Source: the human T2T-CHM13v2.0 reference genome, Homo sapiens
DNA length: 64,000 nucleotides
Direction: 5' to 3' (one strand)
Assembly (NCBI RefSeq): GCF_009914755.1
Contig: NC_060934.1
Shown: in pieces, positions 63,935-64,000 of the stretch
How the letters are laid out: each line of letters begins with the position of its first letter
Position numbering within the stretch: position 1 is the first letter of the stretch
Program-made: the position numbers and the translations under genes
The notes under the pieces: generated by a model
Told to the model about the DNA's origin: nothing
Database searches by the model: none
The model's input: only the letters and a program-made list of their open reading frames with translations

Positions 63935-64000
63935 AGAGGTTTTTTGAAGACCATGAAAATGTTGTTGAAGTCTTATCAGACTGGACAAGAGACACAGAAA
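63935..64000 (+). CDS. APBB1IP: APBB1IP coding exon, cut by window end (ERFFEDHENVVEVLSDWTRDTE; RA domain)
   Basis: Acceptor ttatttcatcag|AG; the phase-1 join restores a Glu codon. Characteristic EDHE motif of MRL/Grb7 RA domains. Confidence 0.95.

Overview
Human (primate) genomic DNA, AT-rich and very repeat-dense. It holds the 5' coding part of APBB1IP (RIAM / PREL1 / RARP-1) on the + strand. About 42.7 kb of upstream intron is followed by six coding exons: 42697-42768, 46686-46773, 51203-51495, 53581-53658, 62143-62302 and 63935 to the window end. All have canonical AG/GT boundaries and splice in frame to RIAM residues 1-252 (talin-binding helices, proline-rich EVH1 sites, coiled coil, start of the RA domain). 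The rest is intron: roughly 55-60 Alu elements or fragments, L1/L2/MIR fragments, DNA transposon relics (MER5A, MER58A, MER47-like, Tigger1, Zaphod-like, a complete MADE1), an intact antisense MER11 solo LTR 98 bp after the first coding exon, and a 3'-truncated 5S rRNA pseudogene. I found no convincing new multi-gene system, and almost all ORFs in the track are repeat-derived noise. The best observations are: a perfect DR2 retinoic-acid-response element inside the MER11 LTR of a gene first described as retinoic-acid-responsive; two Alus carrying insertions templated from nearby DNA; an ATG-first exon with an internal consensus donor, whose exon circles would be stop-free ORFs; an intron-extended 172-aa isoform; and a fold-back repeat with four GFI1-like cores. 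Repeat subfamily names are from recalled consensus sequences, and repeat boundaries are approximate.
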